Positions 8,511 to 18,889 of a stretch of DNA of 64,000 nt are shown piece by piece. This DNA comes from an uncultured Flavobacteriaceae bacterium. GTDB lineage: Bacteria > Bacteroidota > Bacteroidia > Flavobacteriales > Flavobacteriaceae. The stretch's first letter is position 1. The number at the start of each line of letters is the position of its first letter. The stretch is from assembly GCA_937929935.1 (NCBI GenBank), contig CALFUL010000009.1:19748-83747 (forward strand). The letters run 5' to 3'. The notes beneath the pieces were generated by a model. It saw nothing but the letters and a program-made list of their open reading frames with translations, was not told the origin of the DNA and ran no database searches. The position numbers were made by a program, and so were the translations under genes.

Positions 8511-9662
8511 ATGAAAAAATTATCATTATTATTTATTGTTTTCGTCATGGGTAATATTTTTGCTCAAAATGATGAAAGAGTAATTACCACAGCTGTACCA
8601 TTTTTAACGATTGCTTCTGATGCCAGATCGGCTGGTATGGGCGATATGGGTGTGGCAACTTCAACAGATGCGTTTTCGCAACAATGGAATCCCGCAAAAT
8701 TTGCATTTGCAGATAGAAAAATGGGAATCGGCGTGAGTTACACTCCCTATCTTGAAAGTATCATTACAGACATTGCTTTATTGAATGCAAGTTATTTTAA
8801 CAAAATTGATGACCAAAGTGCATTTGCTTTAAGTGTTCGATATTTTACGTTAGGTGAAATTGAATTAAGACAGTTTGCTAATGACCCTGGCCAATTGGCT
8901 AAACCAAATGAATTATCATTAGACGGCTCCTATTCATTGAAGTTAAGTCCTTCTTTTTCAATGTCAGTTGGTGGTCGTTACATTCGTTCAAATTTACGTA
9001 TCCCGCAAGGTGATAATAGTGTAGATTCTCAAGCAGCAAGTTCATTTGCAGTTGATGTATCTGGTTTTTATAGATCACGTGAAAGAGCCTACAATAGTTT
9101 TGATGGACGCTGGAGAGCTGGTTTCAATTTTTCAAACCTTGGCGGAAAAATTCAATATGATCAAGGTGGTCAAGAAAACTTTTTACCTACTAATTTAAGA
9201 GCAGGTGTTGGTTTTGATTTTATTCTGGATCAAGACAATGTTATTGGAATAACAACAGAGTTTAACAAGTTGTTGGTGCCTACACCACAAGATTTTAATA
9301 ATGACGGTGTTATTAACGCGACTGATAATAATGAGTACCAAAAAATTGGATTTTTTGAAGGTATTTTTCAATCATTTAATGATGCCCCTGATGGCTTCAG
9401 TGAAGAGTTAAAAGAATTCACTTGGGCACTTGGCGCAGAGTATAGCTATCAAGAATCTTTCATGCTGAGAACTGGATATTTCAATGAAAGCGAAGAAAAA
9501 GGTTCTAGAAAGTATTTTACAATGGGTGCTGGCTTTAAATTTAAAGCAGCACAAATTGACCTTTCCTATTTATTCTCAACATCACAAGTGCGAAATCCGC
9601 TAGAAAACACGCTACGTTTTTCGCTTACCTTTAATTTAGGAGAAGAATATTTTAACGATTAA
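8511..9662 (+). CDS. porV: T9SS outer-membrane protein PorV
   Basis: ITTAVPFLTIASDARSAGMGD, QQWNPAKFAF, NPLENTLRFSL. Confidence 0.93.
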   Translation: MKKLSLLFIVFVMGNIFAQNDERVITTAVPFLTIASDARSAGMGDMGVATSTDAFSQQWNPAKFAFADRKMGIGVSYTPYLESIITDIALLNASYFNKIDDQSAFALSVRYFTLGEIELRQFANDPGQLAKPNELSLDGSYSLKLSPSFSMSVGGRYIRSNLRIPQGDNSVDSQAASSFAVDVSGFYRSRERAYNSFDGRWRAGFNFSNLGGKIQYDQGGQENFLPTNLRAGVGFDFILDQDNVIGITTEFNKLLVPTPQDFNNDGVINATDNNEYQKIGFFEGIFQSFNDAPDGFSEELKEFTWALGAEYSYQESFMLRTGYFNESEEKGSRKYFTMGAGFKFKAAQIDLSYLFSTSQVRNPLENTLRFSLTFNLGEEYFND

Positions 9663-9684
9663 TCAAAATTATTTTTTGATAAAT

Positions 9685-9708
9685 AAAACCTGCCATCGTG
9701 CAGGTTTT
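9685..9708 (+). terminator. Hairpin after porV
   Basis: AAAACCTGC-CATCGT-GCAGGTTTT. Confidence 0.6.
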
Positions 9709-9735
9709 GTTATTTTTAGGCTGAATTGTTTTTAA

Positions 9736-10218
9736 ATGAATAAAAAGAAAATAATAATTGAGCTAACAGAATTTGAAAAACTTGAAGAACTGTCTACCCA
9801 AGATAGGTCTTTAATGAAAATGGCTATTGAAGCAAGAAAAAATGCCTATGCCCCTTATTCCTCTTTTTATGTAGGTGCGGCAATTCGTTTAGAAAATGGT
9901 GAAGTGGTCATTGGTAATAATCAAGAAAACGCATCGTATCCTTCAGGTTTATGTGCTGAGCGTGTGGCCATTTTTCAAGCAGGTGCAAAGTATCCTAAAG
10001 TAACTATTGAAGCCATAGCTATTTCAGCTACCTCTAAAAATCATAAAGTAACTGAGCCTGCTGCGCCATGCGGTAACTGCAGGCAATCAATTTCTGAATA
10101 TGAATTTAGACAAAAGAAGCCTATTTCTGTTTTCATGATGGGCGAAACAGGTAAAATAGTAAAAAGTAATGCTATTGCTGATTTATTACCCATGGCATTT
10201 GATGGTACACTTTTATAG
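9736..10218 (+). CDS. cdd: Cytidine deaminase
   Basis: AYAPYS, NQENAS, CAER, PCGNCRQ zinc motifs. Confidence 0.95.
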   Translation: MNKKKIIIELTEFEKLEELSTQDRSLMKMAIEARKNAYAPYSSFYVGAAIRLENGEVVIGNNQENASYPSGLCAERVAIFQAGAKYPKVTIEAIAISATSKNHKVTEPAAPCGNCRQSISEYEFRQKKPISVFMMGETGKIVKSNAIADLLPMAFDGTLL

Positions 10219-10379
10219 TTAAGGAAATAGCTTTTTTGAACTTTTTTGTTGAATTGATTTAATATTTTTAAATCTGCATAAAACAAGGTTTATTTTCATC
10301 AATCGTTATTTTTTCACTATTGATTTAATACGTATTTTTGTTCCTCATTTTTGGGCTAATCCCAGGCTAAAACCATTGA

Positions 10380-11378
10380 ATGAAAAAAATTACCAAAGAA
10401 GTATACCTTAAATGGTATAAAGACATGCTCTTCTGGAGAAAATTTGAAGACAAGTTAGCAGCAGTTTATATTCAGCAAAAAGTACGCGGATTTTTACATT
10501 TGTATAATGGTCAAGAAGCGGTACTCGCTGGGGCATTACATGCTATGGATTTAACTAAAGACCGTATGATTACAGCCTACCGTAATCACGTACAACCCAT
10601 TGGCATGGGTGTGGATCCTAAAGCGGTGATGGCAGAATTGTATGGTAAAGTAACAGGTACCTCAAAAGGTATGGGTGGATCAATGCATATTTTTTCTAAA
10701 GAACATCGTTTTCATGGAGGCCATGGTATTGTAGGAGGTCAAATTCCTCTAGGTGCGGGTATGGCTTTCGGTGATAAATATGCTGGTCGAGACAATGTAA
10801 CTTTGTGTTATATGGGCGATGGTGCTGTACGTCAAGGTGCTTTTCATGAAGCTTTAAACTTAGCCATGCTCTGGCAATTACCAGTTGTTTTTGTTTGTGA
10901 AAACAATGGTTACGCAATGGGAACCTCAGTAGAGAGAACATCATATTCTACTGAAATTTGGAAACTAGGTTTGGGCTACGAAATGCCATGTGGACCTGTT
11001 GACGGAATGAATCCTGTTTCTGTAGCCGAAGAAATGAGCAAAGCTATTGAGCGTGCAAGAAGTGGTGGCGGACCAACATTTTTAGAAATGAAAACGTATC
11101 GTTATAGAGGTCACTCAATGTCTGACGCGCAACACTATAGAACAAAAGCGGAAGTTGAAGAATACAAAAAAATTGACCCTATTACTCAAGTACTTGATAT
11201 CATCAAAGATAAAAAGTATGCTACTGATGATGAGATAAAGGCAATTACAAAAGACGTTAAAGAAAGAGTGGCTGAATGTGAGAAATTTGCAGAAGAATCA
11301 GCATACCCGCCAGTAAGTCAATTGTATGATGTAGTATATGAGCAAGAAGACTTTCCATTTGTAAAACATAAAATTTAA
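10380..11378 (+). CDS. pdhA: Pyruvate dehydrogenase E1 alpha
   Basis: RGFLHLYNGQEA, GDGA...ENN TPP motif, YRYRGHSMSD. Confidence 0.96.
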   Translation: MKKITKEVYLKWYKDMLFWRKFEDKLAAVYIQQKVRGFLHLYNGQEAVLAGALHAMDLTKDRMITAYRNHVQPIGMGVDPKAVMAELYGKVTGTSKGMGGSMHIFSKEHRFHGGHGIVGGQIPLGAGMAFGDKYAGRDNVTLCYMGDGAVRQGAFHEALNLAMLWQLPVVFVCENNGYAMGTSVERTSYSTEIWKLGLGYEMPCGPVDGMNPVSVAEEMSKAIERARSGGGPTFLEMKTYRYRGHSMSDAQHYRTKAEVEEYKKIDPITQVLDIIKDKKYATDDEIKAITKDVKERVAECEKFAEESAYPPVSQLYDVVYEQEDFPFVKHKI

Positions 11379-11382
11379 GTAG

Positions 11383-12999
11383 ATGGCTACAGTAGTAAAT
11401 ATGCCTCGTTTGAGTGATACCATGGAAGAGGGTACAGTTGCCGCTTGGTTGAAAAATGTAGGTGATAGAATTGAAGAAGGCGATATTTTAGCTGAAATAG
11501 AAACTGATAAAGCGACTATGGAATTTGAGTCCTTCAATGAAGGTACTTTATTGCACATAGGCGTCGCTGAGGGCGAAACAGCTCCGGTTGATGTTTTGTT
11601 GGCCATTATTGGTGAAGAAGGAGAAGATATTTCATCGCTTTTAAACGGTAGCGCACCAGCTATTGCAACAAGTGAAGAGAAAACAGAAGAAGTAGCTCCT
11701 GCGGCTGATGCCACTGCTAGTACTTCTGAAGTTCCTGAAGGAATTGAAGTTATTACCATGCCGCGTTTGAGTGATACCATGGAAGAAGGCACCGTTGCAT
11801 CTTGGTTAAAAAAAGTTGGAGACACCGTTGAAGAAGGCGATATTTTGGCAGAGATTGAGACTGACAAAGCTACAATGGAGTTTGAGTCTTTTCATGAAGG
11901 CACTTTATTACATATAGGTATTCAAGAAGGTGAATCTTCAAAAGTTGATGCCCTTTTAGCAATTATTGGCCCTAAAGGAACAGATGTTTCTTCAATTATT
12001 AATGGGAATCCTATTGCAGCTGCTGAATCAAAAACAGAGGCAAAGGCTGAACCAGTTAAAGAAGAAACTAAAAGTGCTGCGCCAACACCTGCAGCATCAA
12101 ACGGAAGCAGAGTCTTTGTATCGCCATTGGCGAAGAAAATGGCGGCTGATAAGGGAATTAATCTTGCTGAGGTTAAAGGTTCTGGAGACCACGGAAGAAT
12201 TGTCAAAAAAGATATTGAAAACTTTAAACCTTCTGCGCAATCAGCAGCAGCTCCGGTTGCAGCGGCAGCAGTAGCAGCTGGTGGTGCGTTGGCACCAATT
12301 CAACTTCCTGTTGGTGAAGAAAGTAGTGAAGAAGTGAAAAACTCGCAAATGCGTAAGGTTATTGCCAAGCGTTTGGCTGAGTCAAAATTCACAGCACCAC
12401 ATTATTATCTGACTATTGAAGTTGACATGGATAATGCCATGGCTTCACGTAAGCAAATCAATAATTTACCAGATACTAAAGTGTCATTTAATGACATGGT
12501 AGTAAAGGCTTGTGCTAATGCTTTGAAAAAGCACCCACAGGTAAATACAACCTGGAAAGGTGATACTACGCAATTTAACCATCATGTTAGTGTTGGTGTT
12601 GCTGTTGCAGTTGAAGACGGGTTAGTGGTGCCTGTACTAAAGTTTACAGATCAAATGTCTTTAACTCAAATAGGTGCTTCAGTAAAAGATATGGCAGGTC
12701 GTGCAAGAACCAAAAAACTAACGCCTGCAGAAATGGAAGGAAGTACCTTTACAGTTTCTAACTTAGGAATGTTTGGGATACTAGAGTTTACTTCGATTAT
12801 CAATCAGCCAAATTCAGCTATTTTATCAGTGGGCGCGATTGTTCAAAAACCAGTGGTAAAAGACGGTCAGATCATGGTGGGTAATACAATGAAGCTTTCA
12901 TTAGCTTGTGATCATAGAACAGTTGATGGGGCGACAGGCGCGCAGTTTTTACAAACTTTAAGAGCGTATTTAGAGAACCCAGTTACTATGTTGGCCTAA
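11383..12999 (+). CDS. pdhC: Dihydrolipoamide acetyltransferase E2 with two lipoyl domains
   Basis: Two EIETDKATME lipoyl domains, SPLAKK binding domain, DHRTVDGA catalytic motif. Confidence 0.95.
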   Translation: MATVVNMPRLSDTMEEGTVAAWLKNVGDRIEEGDILAEIETDKATMEFESFNEGTLLHIGVAEGETAPVDVLLAIIGEEGEDISSLLNGSAPAIATSEEKTEEVAPAADATASTSEVPEGIEVITMPRLSDTMEEGTVASWLKKVGDTVEEGDILAEIETDKATMEFESFHEGTLLHIGIQEGESSKVDALLAIIGPKGTDVSSIINGNPIAAAESKTEAKAEPVKEETKSAAPTPAASNGSRVFVSPLAKKMAADKGINLAEVKGSGDHGRIVKKDIENFKPSAQSAAAPVAAAAVAAGGALAPIQLPVGEESSEEVKNSQMRKVIAKRLAESKFTAPHYYLTIEVDMDNAMASRKQINNLPDTKVSFNDMVVKACANALKKHPQVNTTWKGDTTQFNHHVSVGVAVAVEDGLVVPVLKFTDQMSLTQIGASVKDMAGRARTKKLTPAEMEGSTFTVSNLGMFGILEFTSIINQPNSAILSVGAIVQKPVVKDGQIMVGNTMKLSLACDHRTVDGATGAQFLQTLRAYLENPVTMLA

Positions 13000-13021
13000 A
13001 AAACACATTTAAATATATACG

Positions 13022-13053
13022 AAAGCATCCGTCATTTGGCGGATGCTTTTTTT
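13022..13053 (+). terminator. Intrinsic terminator
   Basis: AAAGCATCCGTCA-TT-TGGCGGATGCTTTTTT. Confidence 0.8.
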
Positions 13054-13079
13054 ATCTTTAAAATCTAATACTATATATT

Positions 13080-14156
13080 ATGAAAAAATTCTTAGGTTTT
13101 ATTTTTGTTTTGACCTTGATTTCTTGTGGAGTGCATACGAAAGGGAATGATGGAGAAAACGGCTTACCAGGAAAAAGCGCAGTGAACGGAACGAGAGGCG
13201 CAAATGGAGAAAACGGAGCAAATGGTTTAGATACCATTACTGGTTTAGATATTGGCTCAAAGGAGTCAAAAACTATTGCCCCAGTTCCAGATTTTTCGAC
13301 TAGCGCAGGCATAGGTGAAATCATGAAATTTCTCGCTTCCGATGAATTAGAAGGTAGAAAGTCAGGTACTGAAGGTATTGCGAAAGCAGCTGATTATATT
13401 GAGACTATTTTCGTTAAAAACGATATAAAACCTTATTTCGAAAATTTTAGAGATACGCTTTCTAATTTTAAAGAGCCTGCCTATAATATGGTGGGTATGA
13501 TTGAAGGCAATGACCCTGAGTTAAAGAAGGAATATATAATTCTTGGTGCTCATTATGATCACATTGGGCGAATCAAAGCTGTTAACGGTGATGAAATCGC
13601 GAATGGCGCCAACGATAATGCATCTGGTACTACCACTGTTTTAGAGCTTGCGCGATATTTTGGTGCTAGTAAGTCAAATAAACGTAGTATTATTTTTGCA
13701 TTGTTTAGTGCTGAAGAAAAAGGCCTTTTAGGGTCTAAACATTTGGCAAAAAAATTAAAAGAGACTAATCTTAATTTGTATGTCATGCTCAACTTTGAAA
13801 TGGTTGGTGTGCCTTTGCAAGACAAAGATTATTTAATGTACTTGACTGGTTATGATTTATCAAATCTAGCAAGAATCAGCAATAATTATTCAGATCGAAA
13901 AGTTGCCGGATTTTTACCAAAAGCTAAAGAATTCAATTTATTTAATCGCTCTGATAATGCACCTTTTCACAATATTTACAATGTGCCTTCACATACCTAT
14001 AGTACTTTTGATTTTACTAATTTCGATCATTACCATCAGGTAGGTGACGAGGCTGATACTATGGATTTTAGCCATATGGCGAATGTTGTGAACACCTTAA
14101 TTCCGGTAATGCAGAGTATGATCAATTCTCCTGACCAAGAAATTAAATACAACTAA
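13080..14156 (+). CDS. M28 family metallopeptidase lipoprotein with a short collagen-like segment
   Basis: Lipobox LISC; FLASDELEGR, GAHYDH, GANDNASG, AEEKGLLGS, RSDN, YHQ. Confidence 0.9.
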   Translation: MKKFLGFIFVLTLISCGVHTKGNDGENGLPGKSAVNGTRGANGENGANGLDTITGLDIGSKESKTIAPVPDFSTSAGIGEIMKFLASDELEGRKSGTEGIAKAADYIETIFVKNDIKPYFENFRDTLSNFKEPAYNMVGMIEGNDPELKKEYIILGAHYDHIGRIKAVNGDEIANGANDNASGTTTVLELARYFGASKSNKRSIIFALFSAEEKGLLGSKHLAKKLKETNLNLYVMLNFEMVGVPLQDKDYLMYLTGYDLSNLARISNNYSDRKVAGFLPKAKEFNLFNRSDNAPFHNIYNVPSHTYSTFDFTNFDHYHQVGDEADTMDFSHMANVVNTLIPVMQSMINSPDQEIKYN

Positions 14157-14833
14157 TGGCAAATGTGATTATTACAGGTGCAAGTCGAGGCATTGGTTTT
14201 GAAATGGCAAAACTTTTTGCGGATGAAGGTCATTCAGTTTTGGCACTTTCTAGAAATGTAAACCCTATTTCAGAATTAAAGCATGCAAATATTTCTTGTT
14301 TTCCTTTTGATTTATCAGAGAAAAAAGATTTGCAAAAATTGACTGATTTTTTAAGCGATTGGAAATCGGTTGATGTTTTAATCAACAATGCTGGAAAATT
14401 AATTAGTAAACCTTTTTTAGAAACTACAACTGAAGAATTTGAAGCAGTTTTCAGAGTCAATGTATTTGGGCTTGCTGAAATCACAAAAACGGTGTTGCCA
14501 AAAATGCCTAAGAAAGGTCATGTAGTCAGTATAAGTTCAATGGGTGGTGTGCAAGGAAGCATGAAATTTCCTGGTTTGTCAGTATACAGTTCAAGTAAAG
14601 GGGCGGTAATAACCCTAACAGAGCTTTGGGCTGAAGAGTTTAAAGAAACAGGGCCAGCATTCAATGTATTGGCTTTAGGTGCAGTTCAAACAGAAATGCT
14701 TGAAGAAGCTTTTCCGGGGTATCAAGCACCCACTACGGCACTTGAAATGGCTCAGTATATAAAAGACTTTGCGCTAAAGGGCCATAAATTGTATAACGGC
14801 AAATTGTTACAGGTTTCGAGTTCAACTCCGTAA
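14156..14833 (+). CDS. Short-chain dehydrogenase/reductase
   Basis: TGASRGIG, NNAG, YSSSK. Confidence 0.92.
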   Translation: MANVIITGASRGIGFEMAKLFADEGHSVLALSRNVNPISELKHANISCFPFDLSEKKDLQKLTDFLSDWKSVDVLINNAGKLISKPFLETTTEEFEAVFRVNVFGLAEITKTVLPKMPKKGHVVSISSMGGVQGSMKFPGLSVYSSSKGAVITLTELWAEEFKETGPAFNVLALGAVQTEMLEEAFPGYQAPTTALEMAQYIKDFALKGHKLYNGKLLQVSSSTP

Positions 14834-14884
14834 CAAAGTGCATCGTCATTGGGTTCAACATCCGAATACCTTATTTTTGTAAAC

Positions 14885-15487
14885 ATGGATGATATCCTAA
14901 AAAAATACTTACCAGAGAGAGCAGTCAGTCCGTGTTTAGATTTGATTCAACTTTCAAAAGTTCATTTAAAAATTGTGAATGAAAGGGTTACAAGACATGG
15001 TGATTATAGAAGAATGCCTGATGGAAAACATCAGATAACCGTTAATTCTACACTAAATAAATATCGATTTCTGATTACGCTGGTACATGAAATTGCCCAT
15101 TTGGTGGCTTTTGAAAAGTATGGTAGGTATATTAAGCCGCATGGTCAAGAATGGAAACATACTTTTCAACATTTAATGCTTCCGTTTATACGCCCAGAAA
15201 TCTTTCCATCGAAACTTTTGCCCCTTTTAGCGAAACATTTTAAAAATCCGAAGGCGAGTAGCAGTACAGATGCCCAATTATCAGTAGCTTTGAAGAGTTT
15301 TGATGAAAAGCAGAACAATAAATCATACGTTTTTGAATTACCTATAGGAAGCATTTTTCGCCTCTATAATGGCAAAATCTATAAAAAGGGAAATTGTCGC
15401 GTAAAGCGTTACGAGTGCATAGAGTTATCCTCAGGAAAAACATACCTGTTTCAACCTAATGCAGAAGTTGAGTTAATAAAAGATTAG
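14885..15487 (+). CDS. SprT-like zinc metalloprotease domain protein
   Basis: HEIAH zincin motif plus PHGQEWK; start moved to ATG 14885. Not the T9SS SprT/PorT. Confidence 0.85.
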   Translation: MDDILKKYLPERAVSPCLDLIQLSKVHLKIVNERVTRHGDYRRMPDGKHQITVNSTLNKYRFLITLVHEIAHLVAFEKYGRYIKPHGQEWKHTFQHLMLPFIRPEIFPSKLLPLLAKHFKNPKASSSTDAQLSVALKSFDEKQNNKSYVFELPIGSIFRLYNGKIYKKGNCRVKRYECIELSSGKTYLFQPNAEVELIKD

Positions 15488-16570
15488 ATGAAGAATAAAA
15501 ATTATTATGCAGTATTGATGGCGGGTGGAGTAGGGTCTCGCTTTTGGCCAATTAGTACCTCAAGTTATCCTAAGCAGTTTCATGATATGCTAGGCACTGG
15601 CGATACATTGATACAAAAGACTTTCAAGCGACTGAATAAATTTGTACCTACTGAGAATATATTGATTTTAACCAATGAGCGATACAATGATTTAGTACTC
15701 GAGCAATTGCCCATGGTAAAGCAAGAGCAGGTGGTTTTAGAACCTGCGATGAGAAATACGGCACCGTGTATTTTATACGCCGCAATGAAAATTCAAAAAA
15801 TGAATCCTGATGGGGTCATGATTGTAGCGCCTAGTGATCATTGGATCGAAGATGAAGAGGCTTTCGCTAATGATGTCACGGCATGTTTTGAAAAGTGTAG
15901 TTCTGAAGAAGTATTATGCACTTTAGGTATTACGCCTTCTTTTCCGAATACAGGCTTTGGGTATATTGAATATCAAAAAGATAGCCCTGATCAACTTAAA
16001 AAAGTGGATCAATTTAGAGAAAAACCTGATTATGAAACTGCCAAAGAGTTTTTATCGCAAGGAAATTTTCTTTGGAATGCAGGAATTTTTATGTGGAGCG
16101 TAAAGACGATCGTTAATGCCTTTGAAAAATATCAGAAAGAGCAATATGATTTGTTTGCATCAGGAATTTCTTGTTATAACACAGCTGAAGAATCAGCTTT
16201 TATAAAAGAGAATTACCCAAAGGCCGAAAACATATCAATTGACTACGCTATACTTGAAAATTCAAAATCCATTTTTGTATTGCCAGCTTCTTTTGATTGG
16301 AATGACTTAGGTACTTGGGGGTCGCTTTATGATAAATTAAATGACGGTTCATCTGACAATGCAGTAGTTGGCGCAAAATTGTTGGCTGAAGATGCTTCTG
16401 GCAACATGATACGATCTTCAAAAGGAAAAGTTGTGGTTGTTGACGGATTAAATGATTTTATTATTGTTGATAAAAAGGATGTACTTTTAATCTATCCTAA
16501 ATCAAAAGAACAAGATATTAAACAAGTTTTGAATAAGGTAAAAGATACCTTTGGTGATCAATATACTTAA
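15488..16570 (+). CDS. manC: Mannose-1-phosphate guanylyltransferase
   Basis: MAGGVGSRFWP, PKQF, RNTAP, PSDH, FREKP, SIDYA, WNDLGTW. Confidence 0.9.
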   Translation: MKNKNYYAVLMAGGVGSRFWPISTSSYPKQFHDMLGTGDTLIQKTFKRLNKFVPTENILILTNERYNDLVLEQLPMVKQEQVVLEPAMRNTAPCILYAAMKIQKMNPDGVMIVAPSDHWIEDEEAFANDVTACFEKCSSEEVLCTLGITPSFPNTGFGYIEYQKDSPDQLKKVDQFREKPDYETAKEFLSQGNFLWNAGIFMWSVKTIVNAFEKYQKEQYDLFASGISCYNTAEESAFIKENYPKAENISIDYAILENSKSIFVLPASFDWNDLGTWGSLYDKLNDGSSDNAVVGAKLLAEDASGNMIRSSKGKVVVVDGLNDFIIVDKKDVLLIYPKSKEQDIKQVLNKVKDTFGDQYT

Positions 16571-16572
16571 TC

Positions 16573-18042
16573 ATGAGTGAAGATTTAAATCCTGAAGAAT
16601 TAGAGCATTTAGAAGAACCCATTGAAAGTAAAGAAGAAGTAAAAAAAGACTTTCAGGGGCTTTTAGGTAGCACTAAAAACTTTCTTTCAGAATTACTTGA
16701 TATTCGTAAGAACACGGATCAAGAGGCTACCAAAGAGGCCATTATTGCTGATATTCCTTTCAAAGGCCATACATCGTGGATTTTGATTTGCTCCATTTTC
16801 ATTGCATCAATTGGTTTGAACGCCAATTCGACTGCAGTAGTTATTGGGGCCATGTTAATTTCGCCACTGATGGGGCCTATTTTAGGTATGGGTATGTCAT
16901 TGGCAATTAATGATATTGACACTTTACGCCGTTCACTTAAAAACTTAACTGTGATGGTAGTATTAAGTGTTTTAACCGCTTGGTTATTCTTTGCAATTTT
17001 TCCGTTACAAGAAGAATCTTCTGAACTTTTAGCCCGAACTAAACCAGATATTCGAGATGTTATGATTGCTTTTTTTGGGGGCTTAGCTTTGGTTATTGCT
17101 AGAGCAAAAAAAGGAACCATTGCAAGTGTTATTTTTGGGGTTGCCATTGCTACTGCTTTAATGCCGCCACTATGTACTGTAGGTTTTGGTTTGGCTATTG
17201 GCCGGTGGGATTATGCCGGCGGAGCTATGTTATTATTTGGCATTAACACTATTTTTATTGCCTTAGCAACCTTTTTAGTACTGAAGCTTTTACGTTTTCC
17301 TATGGTGCGCTATGCGAATTCAAAAAGAAGACGTCAAATAGCAAGAGCGGTTTCAATAACTGCTTTGGCTGTTATGATTCCGGCAGGATGGATTTTCTGG
17401 GGAGTTTACAAAGAATTTAATTTTAAGAGTGACGCCAATACTTTTATTCAAGAAAATGTGATTCCGTATAAATTTGTCAAAGACGGAAGGTTTTTAAAAG
17501 AGCTTACTGAATTGAATTTTGAAAGAGATACTACATCAACGGTAGAATTAATTTTCATGGGTAATGAAAGCGTGCCACCAGGAGTTTTGGCTACTTGGAA
17601 CTCAAATATGAATACCTATGATGATTTGCAAGGGGTTGAGTTAAAAATCATTCAAGGCTCTCAAAGTGATCAAGCAAATGAGTTGAAATACGTTGAAGAG
17701 CTCTATCAATCTCAAAAGAATGAGCTGCTAAATAAAGATGAAAAAATTAGTTTTTTAGAATCTGAATTAAAACGCTTGAATAAATTGAATGCTCGTAATA
17801 TTCCTTTTGAAGATATTAGTGCTGAAGCGCAAACGAACTATGAAAACTTAGAAGCTTTAGCTTTTTCAAATGCCATACGTACTGATTTTAAAAAGCTAGA
17901 TACAGTAACCGTTTTTGAGGCAAAGTGGCGACGCGATGCAAAACGAGTGACCATTGTGTCAGAAGCTAAAAAATTGCACAGCTGGCTTAAAATACGTTTA
18001 AAAGATAGTACTGTTTTATTGACCGAAATAATACAAGATTAA
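16573..18042 (+). CDS. DUF389 membrane protein
   Basis: NSTAVVIGAMLISPLMGPI, GVAIATALMPPL. Confidence 0.88.
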   Translation: MSEDLNPEELEHLEEPIESKEEVKKDFQGLLGSTKNFLSELLDIRKNTDQEATKEAIIADIPFKGHTSWILICSIFIASIGLNANSTAVVIGAMLISPLMGPILGMGMSLAINDIDTLRRSLKNLTVMVVLSVLTAWLFFAIFPLQEESSELLARTKPDIRDVMIAFFGGLALVIARAKKGTIASVIFGVAIATALMPPLCTVGFGLAIGRWDYAGGAMLLFGINTIFIALATFLVLKLLRFPMVRYANSKRRRQIARAVSITALAVMIPAGWIFWGVYKEFNFKSDANTFIQENVIPYKFVKDGRFLKELTELNFERDTTSTVELIFMGNESVPPGVLATWNSNMNTYDDLQGVELKIIQGSQSDQANELKYVEELYQSQKNELLNKDEKISFLESELKRLNKLNARNIPFEDISAEAQTNYENLEALAFSNAIRTDFKKLDTVTVFEAKWRRDAKRVTIVSEAKKLHSWLKIRLKDSTVLLTEIIQD

Positions 18043-18121
18043 GATCTATACGTAGTATATTTTTTCAAAAAAATATTTTCAAAAACAGAATTGAGTTACC
18101 TTTTTTCCTGGCTAAGGGCTA

Positions 18122-18889
18122 TTAATTTCGCTCCTCAATATACATTTGACGTACTTTTTTGAAAAGCTCTGAAGAGTACACAAAATCAGTAACCGCTTCA
18201 TTATCGGTTTTGAAAATTTCGTGTTTGGTGCCTTCCCATTCTTTTAATCCTTTTCTCAAAAAGATTATTTTTTCACCTATTTCCATTACAGAATTCATGT
18301 CATGGGTATTGATAACTGTAGTAATATTGAATTCTTCGGTAATTTCTTTAATCAAATTATCAATGATGATAGCTGTTTTAGGGTCTAATCCTGAATTTGG
18401 TTCATCACAAAATAAATATTGCGGATTCATAACAATGGCTCTCGCAATGGCAACACGTTTTTGCATTCCTCCAGAAATTTCAGAAGGATATTTGTGATGC
18501 GCATCAATTAAATTAACACGTTTTAAAACAATATCAACGCGATCTTGCATTTCTGATTTCGCGAGTTTGGTAAACATTTCAAGCGGAAACATAACGTTAC
18601 CTGCTACCGTCATGCCATCAAAAAGTGCACTGCCTTGAAATACCATACCCATATCTTGGCGTAAGTCACGTTGTTCATCACTTGATAAATCTGAATATTT
18701 TTGACCATCGTAAACAATGCTTCCTTTTTCAGGCGAAAAAAGACCTAACATACATTTGAGAAATACAGTTTTACCTGATCCACTTTGACCAATGATAAGA
18801 TTGGTTTTGCCTGTTTCAAAAACAGTGGTTACTCCCTTTAAAATATCGGCTTGATCAAAAGACTTATATATGTCGTTTACCTCTATCAT
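18122..18889 (-). CDS. ABC transporter ATP-binding protein (MlaF-like)
   Basis: GQSGSGKT, ISGGMQKRV, DEPNSGLDP; start MIEV overlaps the upstream stop (ATGA). Confidence 0.9.
   Translation of the reverse strand: MIEVNDIYKSFDQADILKGVTTVFETGKTNLIIGQSGSGKTVFLKCMLGLFSPEKGSIVYDGQKYSDLSSDEQRDLRQDMGMVFQGSALFDGMTVAGNVMFPLEMFTKLAKSEMQDRVDIVLKRVNLIDAHHKYPSEISGGMQKRVAIARAIVMNPQYLFCDEPNSGLDPKTAIIIDNLIKEITEEFNITTVINTHDMNSVMEIGEKIIFLRKGLKEWEGTKHEIFKTDNEAVTDFVYSSELFKKVRQMYIEERN

Noticed and set aside
11383-12000. Internal DNA repeat in pdhC
   Set aside because: Explained by the two tandem lipoyl domains normal for E2 subunits.
11298-12274. Alternative-frame and antisense ORFs over pdhC (189, 94, 102 aa), and similar shadow ORFs over other genes
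   Set aside because: They fully overlap well-supported genes, show no motifs, and are expected from codon bias.
14885-15487. SprT-like gene as the T9SS component sprT/porT
   Set aside because: It has an HExxH zincin motif and no signal peptide or beta-barrel pattern; the shared name is coincidental.
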